Assembly (NCBI GenBank): GCA_963777645.1
Contig: CAVZRA010000006.1
Coordinates: 180,335 to 244,334 of the forward strand
Direction of reading: 5' to 3'
Source: an uncultured bacterium
Lineage (GTDB): Bacteria; Actinomycetota; Acidimicrobiia; Spongiisociales; UBA5794
Length of the DNA stretch: 64,000 nucleotides
Below are positions 40,480 through 50,683 of this stretch, in pieces; positions within the stretch are counted from its first letter, which is position 1; every line of letters starts with the position of its first letter. The notes below the pieces were generated by a model, which was not told the origin of the DNA, searched no databases, and was given only the letters and a program-made list of their open reading frames with translations. The position numbers were made by a program, and so were the translations under genes.

Positions 40480-42010
40480 CCACGATCCTCGGCCACTTGC
40501 TGCAACTGAAGGATCTCGGAGTTTCGAGGAAGGCTCGCTGGATCCAGGGCCGATACATCGCCGGGCCCTCGAGCTTGGGAATGCCAGCGTCAAGCGTCTC
40601 GGTCACCAACTCGGTGGCATGGTCATTGGGGTTGTCCCAGCCCTTCCAGCCGGACCTGTACGTGTAGGTGTAGATCATCGGGCTGAGCACATCGACGTAA
40701 TTCGAAAAGACCGACGGCGACTGACCGATGCCCTCGTCACTCGTGCTCTCGAGGGTGATCGCAAATATGTCTGCCGCCACTGCACAGCCCATCGGGATTG
40801 AGCCGCTTGTGTGCCTCCTCCAGGAAGGCCGCGATCGTCTCGATCCGCTTCTGCTGGGCCGCTTCGCCGTAGTAGTTGTCGGTGCTCAACTCGTCGAAGC
40901 TCAGCTGGTCGATCGGGCCATCCGACGGGAACCGGACATAGTCGAATTGGATCTCGTCGAACCCGATCCTGCAAGCCTCCTCGGCAAGTGCGAGTGGATA
41001 ATCCCACGAATCGTCGATCGGTGGGATCGAGCCACGCCAGACCCTTATTGTTGGTCCACGGCAAGCCGGTCGACTGTGTTGATGGCGGCGATATCGGGGC
41101 GAGCCCTCGCCAGCTGGTTGCTCTGGAATGTGACGATCCTGGTGATCTTGTAGAGACCATGGGCGTCCATGTCTTTGATCACCTGGGCGGCGTCGTAGCG
41201 AGGTATCACCGCCCCGATCTCATAGGCAAGGTCGACGTCGGTGTCGTGGTACACGTGCCCGCCTTCATCCTGGGTGTCGACGACAAACGCATTGATCCCG
41301 GTCTCGTCTGCAAGGTCGAGCAGCGACTGCCACTTCTCGAGGTCGCCGGCTCCTGAGAGGTCGCCGGCGACGCGCAATGCCCGGATCATTTTCGGCTCGA
41401 GCCGACACCGCCGGTTCTCCGTATTGCCGTCCCAGGCGACCGATGGTGCTTTCCCAGGCGGGGCGCTCGATCTGAATCTCACCGGGAACCGCCCGGGAAA
41501 GCGTGAATTCGCCATCCTTGTCCGTGATGGCCTTGAGGTCACTGCCAAGCGACAACGGTTGCGCCCGGGAAGGGCCGGCCATCCTCAGTGGTGACCTGCC
41601 CCGCGAGCACAACGGGATCGAGTCTGATCTCTACGGGGCCTTCGACGGGTTTCTCGGAACCGTCATTGTTGTGTCATGAAAGCCGGTTGAGCTGACTGTG
41701 ACGTCGATCGGCTTCTCGTCCCAAATGAGCTCAGCGATGCCGGTGTCATCGGTGATCACCGTCCCGAAGTGCCGGCGTGATGGTGGCGTCGACCGGGGTC
41801 AAGTCATCTGCCCCAAGGACCGCAAGATTGACCGTCTGTGGGGGCGGTTCGGGGACACGCACCGATTCGCCTGCCAGGAGCACCGAAGAGCCCGGCGCAC
41901 GACAGAGAGCAGCAGAGGTGCCGAAAACGAGGATTGATGGCGATTCGACTCATAGGTGATGGGAGATCTCTGAACTGGGCAAACTTCTGTGTCATGTCCC
42001 AATAGGCGGT
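40480..42010 (-). pseudogene. GHL10/DUF187-type glycoside-hydrolase-like protein with N-terminal CarbopepD_reg-like repeats, heavily frameshifted (at least 6)
   Basis: Fragments: VLLAGESVRVPEPPPQTVNL..., VLAGQVTTEDGRPFPGATV, SDLKAITDKDGEFTLSRAVPGEIQI, MIRALRVAGD...AFVVDTQDEGGHVYHDTDV, FDEIQFDYVRFPS and [17 protein letters not shown]...[11 protein letters not shown]. Confidence 0.45.
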
Positions 42011-42170
42011 CAAGTTGTCGCTCCCCGATGATCGTAGTCCCCACCGGCATGTTTACCGCCGACCAAGGCCGATAATTGAATAGTCAATGACTATCACAAT
42101 TCGTTGAAGCGTGCCCGCCACCCGTGTTACCTTGGAATGGAAGGAGTGACATTCGCTAGGGGTTGGGTGC

Positions 42171-43101
42171 ATGACGCAAAGAGCGCGTAAGTCGCTCCAG
42201 GCCGACGGAGTCGGTCTGTATCTCGACGAAGTTGCGGGCCACGGCCTGCTGACAGCTGAGGACGAAGTGAGGCTGGCCCGCACGATGGAGGCAGGTCGTC
42301 AGGCCGCAGTCCGTCTCGAGACCGAGCAATCTCTGCCGTCACAAGAGCGCTTCGAGCTCCGCCGTGCGGTTCATCAGGGGTGAGGAGGCACGAGCCGAAT
42401 TCATCCGCTCAAACCTCCGCCTTGTCATCTCGATCGCCAAGAAGTACACCGGACGCGGCCTCGATCTGCTCGACCTCGTCCAGGAAGGAAACCTCGGCTT
42501 GATCCGCGCCGTCGAGAAGTTCGATTGGCGCAAGGGCTTCAAGTTCTCGACGTACGCAACGTGGTGGATTCGCCAGGCGATAACCCGTGGCCTCGGTAAC
42601 ACTGCCAGGACGATCCGGCTGCCGGTTCATTTGGTAGACGTCGTGCGAATGGTTCACGAAACCAGGACTGCGCTCCACGAGAGGAACGGCAGGCGGCCCA
42701 CCGCATGCGAGATTGCCGAGGTGAGCGGGCTAGATCTCGACCAGGTCGTCATCGCGCTCGAATGCCCGGATGACTGTGTATCGCTCGACCATCCCGTCGG
42801 AGATGCAGGTGATGCCAGCCTCGGCGACTTCGTCGAGGACATCCAGGCAGACGACCCGTTCGTCGTCGCCGCCGATATGGCCCGACGCGACGAATTGGAA
42901 CGTGCGCTCTCGATGCTCGATACCCGCGAGCGTGAGGTGATCCAGCTTCGCTACGGCCTGACCGGTGGCGGTCCCCGCACACTGTCAGACGTCGGCCGTC
43001 AGCTGGACGTGACGAGAGAGCGGATCCGCCAGATCGAACGCAAGGCGCTCACCAAGCTCCGCCACCCCTCGTTCGCCTACGACCTGGAGAGCCTGCTCTG
43101 A
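42171..43101 (+). pseudogene. group 2 (principal-like, SigB-type) sigma-70 factor with a single frameshift near 42375
   Basis: Region 1.2/2.1 in ORF 42171-42383. Regions 2.2-4.2 in ORF 42364-43101 ([22 protein letters not shown], a 4.2 HTH). Confidence 0.75.
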
Positions 43102-43245
43102 GTTCGCCAGGCAAGCTCAGCCAAACCCATGGGGTTAGGTCTGAGTTCGCATCGCTCGCTCATTCGGGACGATCTACAATCGACCCATCATGTTTGTCTG
43201 AGCATCACCCCCGCTGCACACCTTCCGTCATGGCAAAGGACAGAC

Positions 43246-44082
43246 ATGCTCTCCCTCAACGACATCGTCACCCGTACGTCTCCGCCCACACCATGGAGCG
43301 AGGGGGACAACATCCCATGGAACGACCCCGAATTCAGCGAGCGGATGCTCGCCGAGCATCTCTCGCAGCAACACGATCTAGCCAGTAGACGTACCGAGCA
43401 GATCGACGCTCAGGTCTCTACGATCCTGACGCTGCTTGTTCCACCGCCGGGATGTGTGCTCGACCTGGCCTGCGGTCCCGGTCTCTATCTGAACCGTCTC
43501 GCTGCCAAGGGCTACCACGGGGTTGGCATCGACTTCTCCCCCGCCTCGATACGGCACGCCCGCACCGAGGCCTCTACAAGCGACGTCGAGTTCTGTCTCG
43601 ACGACATCCGTAGCATCGACTTTGGATCCGGATTCGACGCCGTGCTGCTGCTCTACGGTCAGTTGAATGTCTTCCGACGCTCCGAGGCGCGCTCGATAGT
43701 CAATCGGGCCTTTGCCGCGCTCCGACCCGGCGGCATGTTCATCGTCGAGCCGCAGGCATACGCTCATATCGAGCAGTCGGGAAACACGGCGCCGTCATGG
43801 AGTAGCCATGAACACGGCCTCTTCTCCGCACAGGCCCATGTGTTGTTGACCGAGAGCTTCTGGGACCCCGACGCAGAGGCGCCGACCGAACGGTTCTATG
43901 TGATTGATGCCGCCACTGGAGATGTGACCCGGCATGCGCTCAGCAACGAGGCCCACTCCGATGAAGAACTGGATCGATTGCTCGAGGACGCCGGTTTCGA
44001 GGGTATCCAGCATCGACCGTCCCTAGTGCCCGGCGAGACATCCCCAGCGCTGTTTGTAGTGACGGCGATTCGAGCCGGGTGA
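43246..44082 (+). CDS. class I SAM-dependent methyltransferase
   Basis: VLDLACGPGLYLNRLAAKGYHGVGIDFS (motif I) and GGMFIVE (post-II). Confidence 0.7.
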   Translation: MLSLNDIVTRTSPPTPWSEGDNIPWNDPEFSERMLAEHLSQQHDLASRRTEQIDAQVSTILTLLVPPPGCVLDLACGPGLYLNRLAAKGYHGVGIDFSPASIRHARTEASTSDVEFCLDDIRSIDFGSGFDAVLLLYGQLNVFRRSEARSIVNRAFAALRPGGMFIVEPQAYAHIEQSGNTAPSWSSHEHGLFSAQAHVLLTESFWDPDAEAPTERFYVIDAATGDVTRHALSNEAHSDEELDRLLEDAGFEGIQHRPSLVPGETSPALFVVTAIRAG

Positions 44083-44085
44083 TGC

Positions 44086-44745
44086 TCAGAACAGTTTGAG
44101 CATCGGCGAGTCGATGCCCCTCAGCTCGTCGTAGTCGACCTCGATGCAGTCGATACCGCGGTCTTCCGCAAGTGTTCGCGCCTGAGGTTTGATCAGCTGC
44201 GCCGCAAACATGCCTCGGACCGGGGCGAGCCGCTCGTCACGATTGAGGAACTCCAGGTATCGGGTGAGTTGCTCGACACCGTCGATCTCGCCACGACGCT
44301 TTATCTCGACGGCGACAACCTGGTCGTCGCCGGCGCGGCACAACAGGTCGACTGGGCCGATCGGGGTCGGGTATTCTCGTCTGATCAATTCGAGGCCGTC
44401 TTCGAGATATCCCGGGGTCTCTGCGAGGAGGCGCTGCAACTCGAGCTCAACGCCATCTTTCTGCAGGCCCGGATCCTCTCCCATTTCGTGCGACGTCTCG
44501 AAGTGGATGTCACCAAAGGTGATGGTGAGGCTCTCCCCCTTGGGGTTGGTGACGATCCATCTGCCATCCTCTTCGACGAAGTGGTTGGGAGCGTTCATCC
44601 AGTTCAAGGGTTTGTAGGCACCGCCATCGGCATGGACGGCGACACACCCATCGGCCTTGACCATCACCAAACGGGTAGCCATGGGCAGATGGGCGCTCAA
44701 CCTGCCGTCGTAATCGACGGTGCACTCCGCCACAACAATGCGCAT
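44086..44745 (-). CDS. nucS: endonuclease NucS (EndoMS), mismatch-specific
   Basis: 219 aa. [22 protein letters not shown]-terminal domain and a RecB-like C-terminal nuclease domain with the D..EIK pattern. Confidence 0.9.
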   Translation of the reverse strand: MRIVVAECTVDYDGRLSAHLPMATRLVMVKADGCVAVHADGGAYKPLNWMNAPNHFVEEDGRWIVTNPKGESLTITFGDIHFETSHEMGEDPGLQKDGVELELQRLLAETPGYLEDGLELIRREYPTPIGPVDLLCRAGDDQVVAVEIKRRGEIDGVEQLTRYLEFLNRDERLAPVRGMFAAQLIKPQARTLAEDRGIDCIEVDYDELRGIDSPMLKLF

Positions 44746-44877
44746 CTGTCTCAGCGTACTCGGGTGTGCTGGTGGCTAGAAGGGTGGTGATCAATCACGG
44801 TGAAGGCTCGCATTGCCGCAACAAATCAGCCTTGTCACGTCTGCCACGAGCCTGAACTCGAATTGCTCAGCAGACTC

Positions 44878-46320
44878 CTAACCGACTGCGCCAGATTCGA
44901 CCATGTTGATCTCGATGAGCCGGTTCAACTCGACCGCGTACTCCATAGGGAGCTCACGGACGATCGGCTCGATGAAACCGGCAACGATCATGGCGGTGGC
45001 TTCCTCCTCGGACAGGCCACGGCTCATCAGATAGAAGAGCTGCTCCTCTCCGACCTTGGAGACGGTTGCCTCGTGACCCATGTCCACGTCGGACTCCTCG
45101 ATCTCCATATATGGATAAGTATCGGAGCGAGAGTCCTCATCGAGTATCAACGCGTCACAGCGGACAAACGACTTGGAGTGCTTGGCGTGGTCTTCCACAC
45201 GCACCAGACCGCGATATGCGGAGCGACCGCCACCCTTGGAGATCGACTTGGAGGTGATCAGCGACGAGGTGTTCGGGGCGACATGCACCATCTTGGCGCC
45301 TGCATCGAGATGCTGGCCCTCATTGGCGAAAGCAATCGAAAGCACCTCACCGTGCGCACCCTCTTCCATGAGCCAGACAGCGGGGTACTTCATGGTGAGC
45401 CCACTGCCGAGGTTGCCGTCGACCCATTCCATGGTGGCGTTCTTGTAGGCAGCGGCACGCTTGGTGACAAGATTGACGACGTTGTTCGACCAGTTCTGGA
45501 TGGTGGTGTATCGGGCACGACCACCTTCCTTGACTACTACCTCGACGACTGCGGCGTGTAGCGAATCAGTCGCGTACACCGGAGCCGAGCAACCTTCGAC
45601 GTAATGGCAGAATGCACCCTCGTCGACGATGATCAGCGTCCGCTCGAACTGACCCATGTTCTCGGCATTGATCCGGAAGTAGGCCTGCAGCGGTTCTTCC
45701 AGGTGCACACCCGGCGGTACGTAGATAAAGCTGCCACCGGACCAGACGGCCGAGTTGAGGGCGGCGAACTTGTTGTCGTTCGGCGGGATGATGGTGCCGA
45801 AGTACTCCCGGACCAGTTCCGGGTACTCACGCAGTGCGGTGTCCATGTCACAGAAGATCACCCCGAGCTTCGCGAGGTCATCACGGTTGCGGTGGTAGAC
45901 AACCTCAGACTCATACTGCGCCGTCACCCCCGCGAGGTACTTGCGCTCGGCCTCGGGTATGCCCAGCTTCTCGTAGGTGTTCTTGATGGACTCGGGAACC
46001 ATGTCCCAGTCCTTTGCCTGGCCTTCCATCGGCTTGATGTAGTAATAGATGTCGTCGAAGTCGATGGCCTGGAGCTTGTCACCGCCACCCCAGGTCGGCA
46101 TGGGCTTGCGGAGGAAGCGTTTGTAGGCCTTCAGCCTGAACTCGAGCATCCACTCCGGCTCTTTCTTCATTGCCGACATCTGGCGGATGATGTCTTCATT
46201 CAGACCCTTCTCAGGCTTGAAGACATAGTCCTCTACATCTGCCCAGCCGAGCTGATAGCCACCGAGATCAATGTCAACAGTTGTCATGTCTGGGGTCCCT
46301 TCGACAGATTCGAGAGTCAA
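44878..46320 (-). CDS. sufB: Fe-S cluster assembly protein SufB
   Basis: 480 aa. Intact, with conserved [22 protein letters not shown] and C-terminal [16 protein letters not shown]. Confidence 0.9.
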   Translation of the reverse strand: MTLESVEGTPDMTTVDIDLGGYQLGWADVEDYVFKPEKGLNEDIIRQMSAMKKEPEWMLEFRLKAYKRFLRKPMPTWGGGDKLQAIDFDDIYYYIKPMEGQAKDWDMVPESIKNTYEKLGIPEAERKYLAGVTAQYESEVVYHRNRDDLAKLGVIFCDMDTALREYPELVREYFGTIIPPNDNKFAALNSAVWSGGSFIYVPPGVHLEEPLQAYFRINAENMGQFERTLIIVDEGAFCHYVEGCSAPVYATDSLHAAVVEVVVKEGGRARYTTIQNWSNNVVNLVTKRAAAYKNATMEWVDGNLGSGLTMKYPAVWLMEEGAHGEVLSIAFANEGQHLDAGAKMVHVAPNTSSLITSKSISKGGGRSAYRGLVRVEDHAKHSKSFVRCDALILDEDSRSDTYPYMEIEESDVDMGHEATVSKVGEEQLFYLMSRGLSEEEATAMIVAGFIEPIVRELPMEYAVELNRLIEINMVESGAVG

Positions 46321-46382
46321 TTACCACTATAGCGATAGGACAATACGGCAATCGGCGATCCTCGGCACCGGATTCTGCCCCA

Positions 46383-46455
46383 TCGATGCCCAAAACGCCA
46401 AAGCCCCAACCCGTTTTGGCGTTGATTCGCGCCATATATGGCGCGAATCAACGCC
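46383..46455. promoter_or_regulatory. stacked palindromes in sufB upstream region: catcgatg, ccaaaacg-N14-cgttttgg, and a 38-bp perfect palindrome ggcgttgattcgcgccatatatggcgcgaatcaacgcc
   Basis: Read directly from the sequence. It lies in the 335-bp lower-GC divergent intergenic region between sufB and the 46646 gene. Confidence 0.5.
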
Positions 46456-46645
46456 AGAAGCGATCGGGTGGGATGATCTCGTCGGGGCGGTGGTGTGGGA
46501 GTGGGGGGAAGACCGGAATCCGACCCGACGGATCATCCTGCACTTGATAACGTCTCCCAACCGGGTTTTGATCCCGAATTGTCGAGATGTCTCCTTAATA
46601 TTCTGATGAGAGACAAGATCCTGATGAAAGACACGCCACCCCGGA

Positions 46646-47020
46646 GTGATTCCCATGCCGGTTATCGTCATCGGAGCAGACACAGACCTCGGCCATGCCC
46701 TCGTGTCGGCGCTCCGACCTGCTGCGGCCGAGTTGCGCCTCTTCGCCTCCGATCCAGACGACATCGCACCGTACCGGAGCTTCGCCAAGGTGGCCGTCGG
46801 CGACATCTCCGACGGCTCGCATGTCGGCGCCGCAGCGACCGGTGCGTTCTGCGCCGTTGTGATCGCTGCGGCGGCTCACGACCAGCGGGAGCACTATTTC
46901 GCTGCGGATCCAGATGAGCTGTTTGCCCAGTGGGCGGAGGGACTCGCCGACGCCGGGATCGGCCGTATCATCGTCGTCGGAGCACCCGACGGAGGTTCCC
47001 CGACCCGACCCGCTCACTAG
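46646..47020 (+). CDS. short NAD(P)-binding Rossmann-fold protein (NmrA/SDR-like N-terminal domain only)
   Basis: MPVIVIGADTDLGHALVSAL glycine-rich motif. Only 124 aa. Confidence 0.4.
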   Translation: MIPMPVIVIGADTDLGHALVSALRPAAAELRLFASDPDDIAPYRSFAKVAVGDISDGSHVGAAATGAFCAVVIAAAAHDQREHYFAADPDELFAQWAEGLADAGIGRIIVVGAPDGGSPTRPAH

Positions 47021-47114
47021 AGCTACCGACGACTACCACCACGTCGACACATCCAATCGCACGGTTGAGGAAGTGGTCACGGTTGTTGTCGAGCTGGATG
47101 CGGCACGCTGAATC

Positions 47115-48344
47115 TCAGAAGATCTCTGCGCACCACGGCTCGGGCGACGAGCGGAACAGCCAGTTGAGCTTCTGTACGGCCTCAGGAGAGCCATCGATCC
47201 GACCCGCTCTGGCAAATGCCAGCGCATCCCGACCACCCAGGTAGAAGGCCGCAAGCGTGCTTACGTTCATGCTCACCTCGGCATCGTCCTCGACACGGGT
47301 ACATGTCGGGTTGCCGTCCACGATCTCGAGCCGGTAGGCGCCATCGTTCCATTCGCAGAATGTGTCGCTCACCCGCATCACGATCGCACCGTCCCGGGTG
47401 TAGCCCCTCGCCTGCAACGCTTGCGCCACATCGATCAGCCGCACCCAGATGCCATCAGCGACGGCAGTGGTCGCCACAGCGCGCCCATCCTTGAACAAGA
47501 GCCAGAGCGGATCGTCCGGCGCCATATTCCAATGCTTGACGATCGGGAACAGATCGATGTTGGTCACGTAGTGCCACAGGGCACGATATCCGGCATCGGT
47601 CACCGGCACGAGCTCGCGGATGCGAACTTCGCCATTGGACATCAGCTCCCACTCGTCCTTCTGACGATACGACACATACCCGACCGGCTCATCGCCGTCG
47701 AAGGCGACCGCGTGCCGAATCGCGCTGGCGCCGTTGCGCCATTTCTCGGGGTCGTAGAAGAGGCGATACTTCCACCATTGCGAGGTTCGCTGGAGCATTC
47801 CCGGCCGTTGCTTCTGCGCTGTTGTGTAGAGAGAAGGAAGCAGTACTTCGGCCTGATCCTTATCAACAAGTCGAACCGTCGTCGCGGGCTCGGCGCCGCC
47901 TCGCCCCACATAGCGAGCATCGAACTTGATCTCGTGATGCTCCACGGCAGGCCCATAGCCGAACCGTCCGTAGATCGGTGCCTCGGAAGCCCACAGCGCG
48001 CCGAGGATCTCACCACGCTGGTGGGCACGACGGAAGTGCTCGCGCATCATCGTGGTCAACACACCCTTCCTCGTATGGGTGGGACGCACGGTGATGATGG
48101 TCAGCCCGGCGGTAGCGACCTGGGCGCCGCCCGGCACCGTCATCTGAAACTCAAAATCGGCACCGCTGCTGATCAACTCGTCGCCGTCAAAGACCGGGAA
48201 CGATCGATCCAATGGGAAAAGCGCGCTGAAACGCTCGGCGGCGGCCTCGTCGTCGAAGTCGGTGTCGGCGCCAAAGCCGAGAGACACCGCCTGTCGGAAC
48301 GCGGGTATGTATTCGGAGGTGAGGGGTCGCAGCTCATAAGTCAT
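47115..48344 (-). CDS. eis: Eis-like GNAT N-acetyltransferase with C-terminal SCP2-like domain
   Basis: 409 aa with the typical Eis tripartite architecture (MTYELRPLTSEY...). Confidence 0.75.
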   Translation of the reverse strand: MTYELRPLTSEYIPAFRQAVSLGFGADTDFDDEAAAERFSALFPLDRSFPVFDGDELISSGADFEFQMTVPGGAQVATAGLTIITVRPTHTRKGVLTTMMREHFRRAHQRGEILGALWASEAPIYGRFGYGPAVEHHEIKFDARYVGRGGAEPATTVRLVDKDQAEVLLPSLYTTAQKQRPGMLQRTSQWWKYRLFYDPEKWRNGASAIRHAVAFDGDEPVGYVSYRQKDEWELMSNGEVRIRELVPVTDAGYRALWHYVTNIDLFPIVKHWNMAPDDPLWLLFKDGRAVATTAVADGIWVRLIDVAQALQARGYTRDGAIVMRVSDTFCEWNDGAYRLEIVDGNPTCTRVEDDAEVSMNVSTLAAFYLGGRDALAFARAGRIDGSPEAVQKLNWLFRSSPEPWCAEIF

Positions 48345-48467
48345 GGCGGCAACGCTATCAGCTCATATCGGCAGTGGATTCGCGCCCGCAAACCGGTAGC
48401 GTCACTGCCAGAGTTCGGTAGCACCTAGGCTCGTGGCCGTTCACGATCGACGAAGGGGATCTCCACT

Positions 48468-49260
48468 GTGCATCCGGTACGTATCGCCGCCCAGCTCCAC
48501 CCCAACACGCCGACTACTCGGACATCCGCCGCGCCGTCACCGAGGCCGAGGAACTCGGTCTCGACATCGTGTACAACTGGGACCACTTCTACCCGCTGTA
48601 CGGAGAGCCCGACGGCAAGCACTTCGAGTGCTGGACGATGCTCGGTGCGTGGGCGGAGCAGACAACCAACATCGAGATCGGCGCTCTGGTCACCTGCAAC
48701 TCCTATCGCAACCCGCAACTCCTGGCCGACATGGCCCGCACCGTCGATCACATGTCCGGGGGCCGGCTCATCCTCGGCATCGGCTCCGGGCTGGTTCGAG
48801 CGTGACTACGAGGAGTTCGGCTACGAGTTCGGCACTGCCGGCGGCCGGCTCCGCGACCTGGACCGTGATCTTGCCGATCATCAAGGAACGGCTCGGCAAG
48901 GGCAACCCACTCCCGACCCGGAAGATCCCGGTCCTCATCGGTGGTGGCGGCGAGAAGGTGACCCTGCGCATCGTCGCCGAGCAGGCCGACATCTGGCATA
49001 CCTTCGGGTCACCGGCGACGATGAAGCACAAATCCGAGGTGCTGGCGAAGTGGTGCCAGGAGGTCGGCCGCGATCCCGGAGGAGATCGAACGCTCCGTCG
49101 GCATCGACCACGCACGGATCACCGGCGACCGCTGGCTCTTGCGAGGAGTTCCACTCGCTCGGGAATCACCCAATTCACTTTCGGGTTGAACGGGCCGGAC
49201 TACGACCTCTGCTCCGATCAAGCCCTGGCTGAAGTGGCGAGACGAGAAGAACGCGTGAAC
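48468..49260 (+). pseudogene. LLM class F420-dependent oxidoreductase, at least 4 frameshifts
   Basis: Pieces: [84 protein letters not shown] and GITQFTFGLNGPDYDL. Confidence 0.6.
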
Positions 49261-49338
49261 GCGCCAGCGGTCGCCCTCCCCCCACGAGAAGACGACCGCT
49301 TCTTGGCCCGCCGCGTCCCCTATCGGGGAACACTGTCC

Positions 49339-50683
49339 CTACATGTCGGCGGCGGGCCGCAGCAGATAACAGGCGAGAGGGTGATCAATCTCCAGCCACA
49401 AAGAATGACCAGTCACCGTTCGTCCCAGATACCGATGCGGTATCCGAAGTAGCCACCAAAGTCGGCGAAGCCCTGCAGATCGCTCATCGCTGTAGAGCGA
49501 CCGCAGCGCCTCGACGTCCGCCTCAGGAGTCGTCTCCCAGCTTCCCTGGTGGGCATAGGCCGACGGCCATACGTAGAGCGTGCCCTGCTCGGTGTCGATG
49601 GTCCCGTACGGCAGATCGAGGATCGAGAGCAGCCAGTACATGGGCTTGTCACCCTGTGCCTCCTGCGTCGTCCACAGCTCCACAGGGTCGCTGCCACCGT
49701 ACGAGGCAGTGAAGTTGTCACCTGCGATCTGCCTCGAGCCGGTCGAAGTCACATTGGCGGGCGGCATCGACGATCTCGCCGAGCGTCACGGCGACCGGCT
49801 GCGGGATGCTGCTCAACGCCAGCGCCGCTGGGGCAATGTCGGATCCCGAGCATGGCTCGTGAGCTCTGCCCCGGGAGATCGTCCGCCGGAAGAGTGGACA
49901 GGATGGAACCGTCGGAGCTGAATGCGGTGAAGTCGAGCGCCAGTCGGCTGCTTGCTGCCGTCGCTGATGAAGACATATCCCTGGCGAGTCCTTGCCCAGA
50001 TCCGTGACTCATCGGTTTCCATCGAAACGACGCTTGTGCCTTCACCCACCCAGCCGACCAACGAATGCGGTCCGTCGGAATTGGTCACGGAGAGATGGGC
50101 ATCGCTCGAGTAGTTGCACACACCCCACACCGACTCGTCAACGCCGAGAACACAGCACGAACGCTCGTTCCCCAAGCTCGTTCGGCACCGCGGCAGATCC
50201 GATCAGTACATACCCTGAGGCCGATCCAGCACTCCCGATGAAGCGTATCTCCGCTATGTGCTCGAACTCGGACCAGAGATCCCGTTCCTTGATCAGGCTC
50301 ATATCCCGATCGACTTGCTCGGGGAGCGAACTAGAAGCGATCACCGTGCCGGGTGTATCGAACTCGGGCTCCGGATCGAGATCAGACACGACGATGGGTA
50401 TCCCATCAAAGGACGGTGCGTCTGTTGTCGTCGTCGAAGCCTGCGACGTCGTGGTTGTGGTCTCTCCCGGCCCCGCCGGCTCCAGCGTCGTGGCTCCCCT
50501 GCCGCTGAGCAGGAGCACCGTGCCCCCGACCAGCACGAACACGGCGGCGGCTGTGGCAACCGTGACCGCAAATCCTCGGCGGCGGGTGGTGCGACGAAGC
50601 TCCGCCATCGGCGGCGCCGAGATCGTCGACGTGACTCTGTCCATTTCTCGGGAAGCACGGCGCAATCTGTCCTCGGTGTTCAT
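49339..50683 (-). pseudogene. membrane-spanning anti-sigma factor; N-terminal sigma-binding and TM parts intact, extracytoplasmic domain split over 3 frames
   Basis: MNTEDRLRRASREMDRV... then a TM helix, a Thr-rich stretch, and ectodomain fragments (VGWVGEGTSVVSMETDESRIWARTRQGYVFISDG; YVWPSAYAHQGSWETTPEADVEALRSLYSDE). It is translationally coupled to the ECF sigma. Confidence 0.5.
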
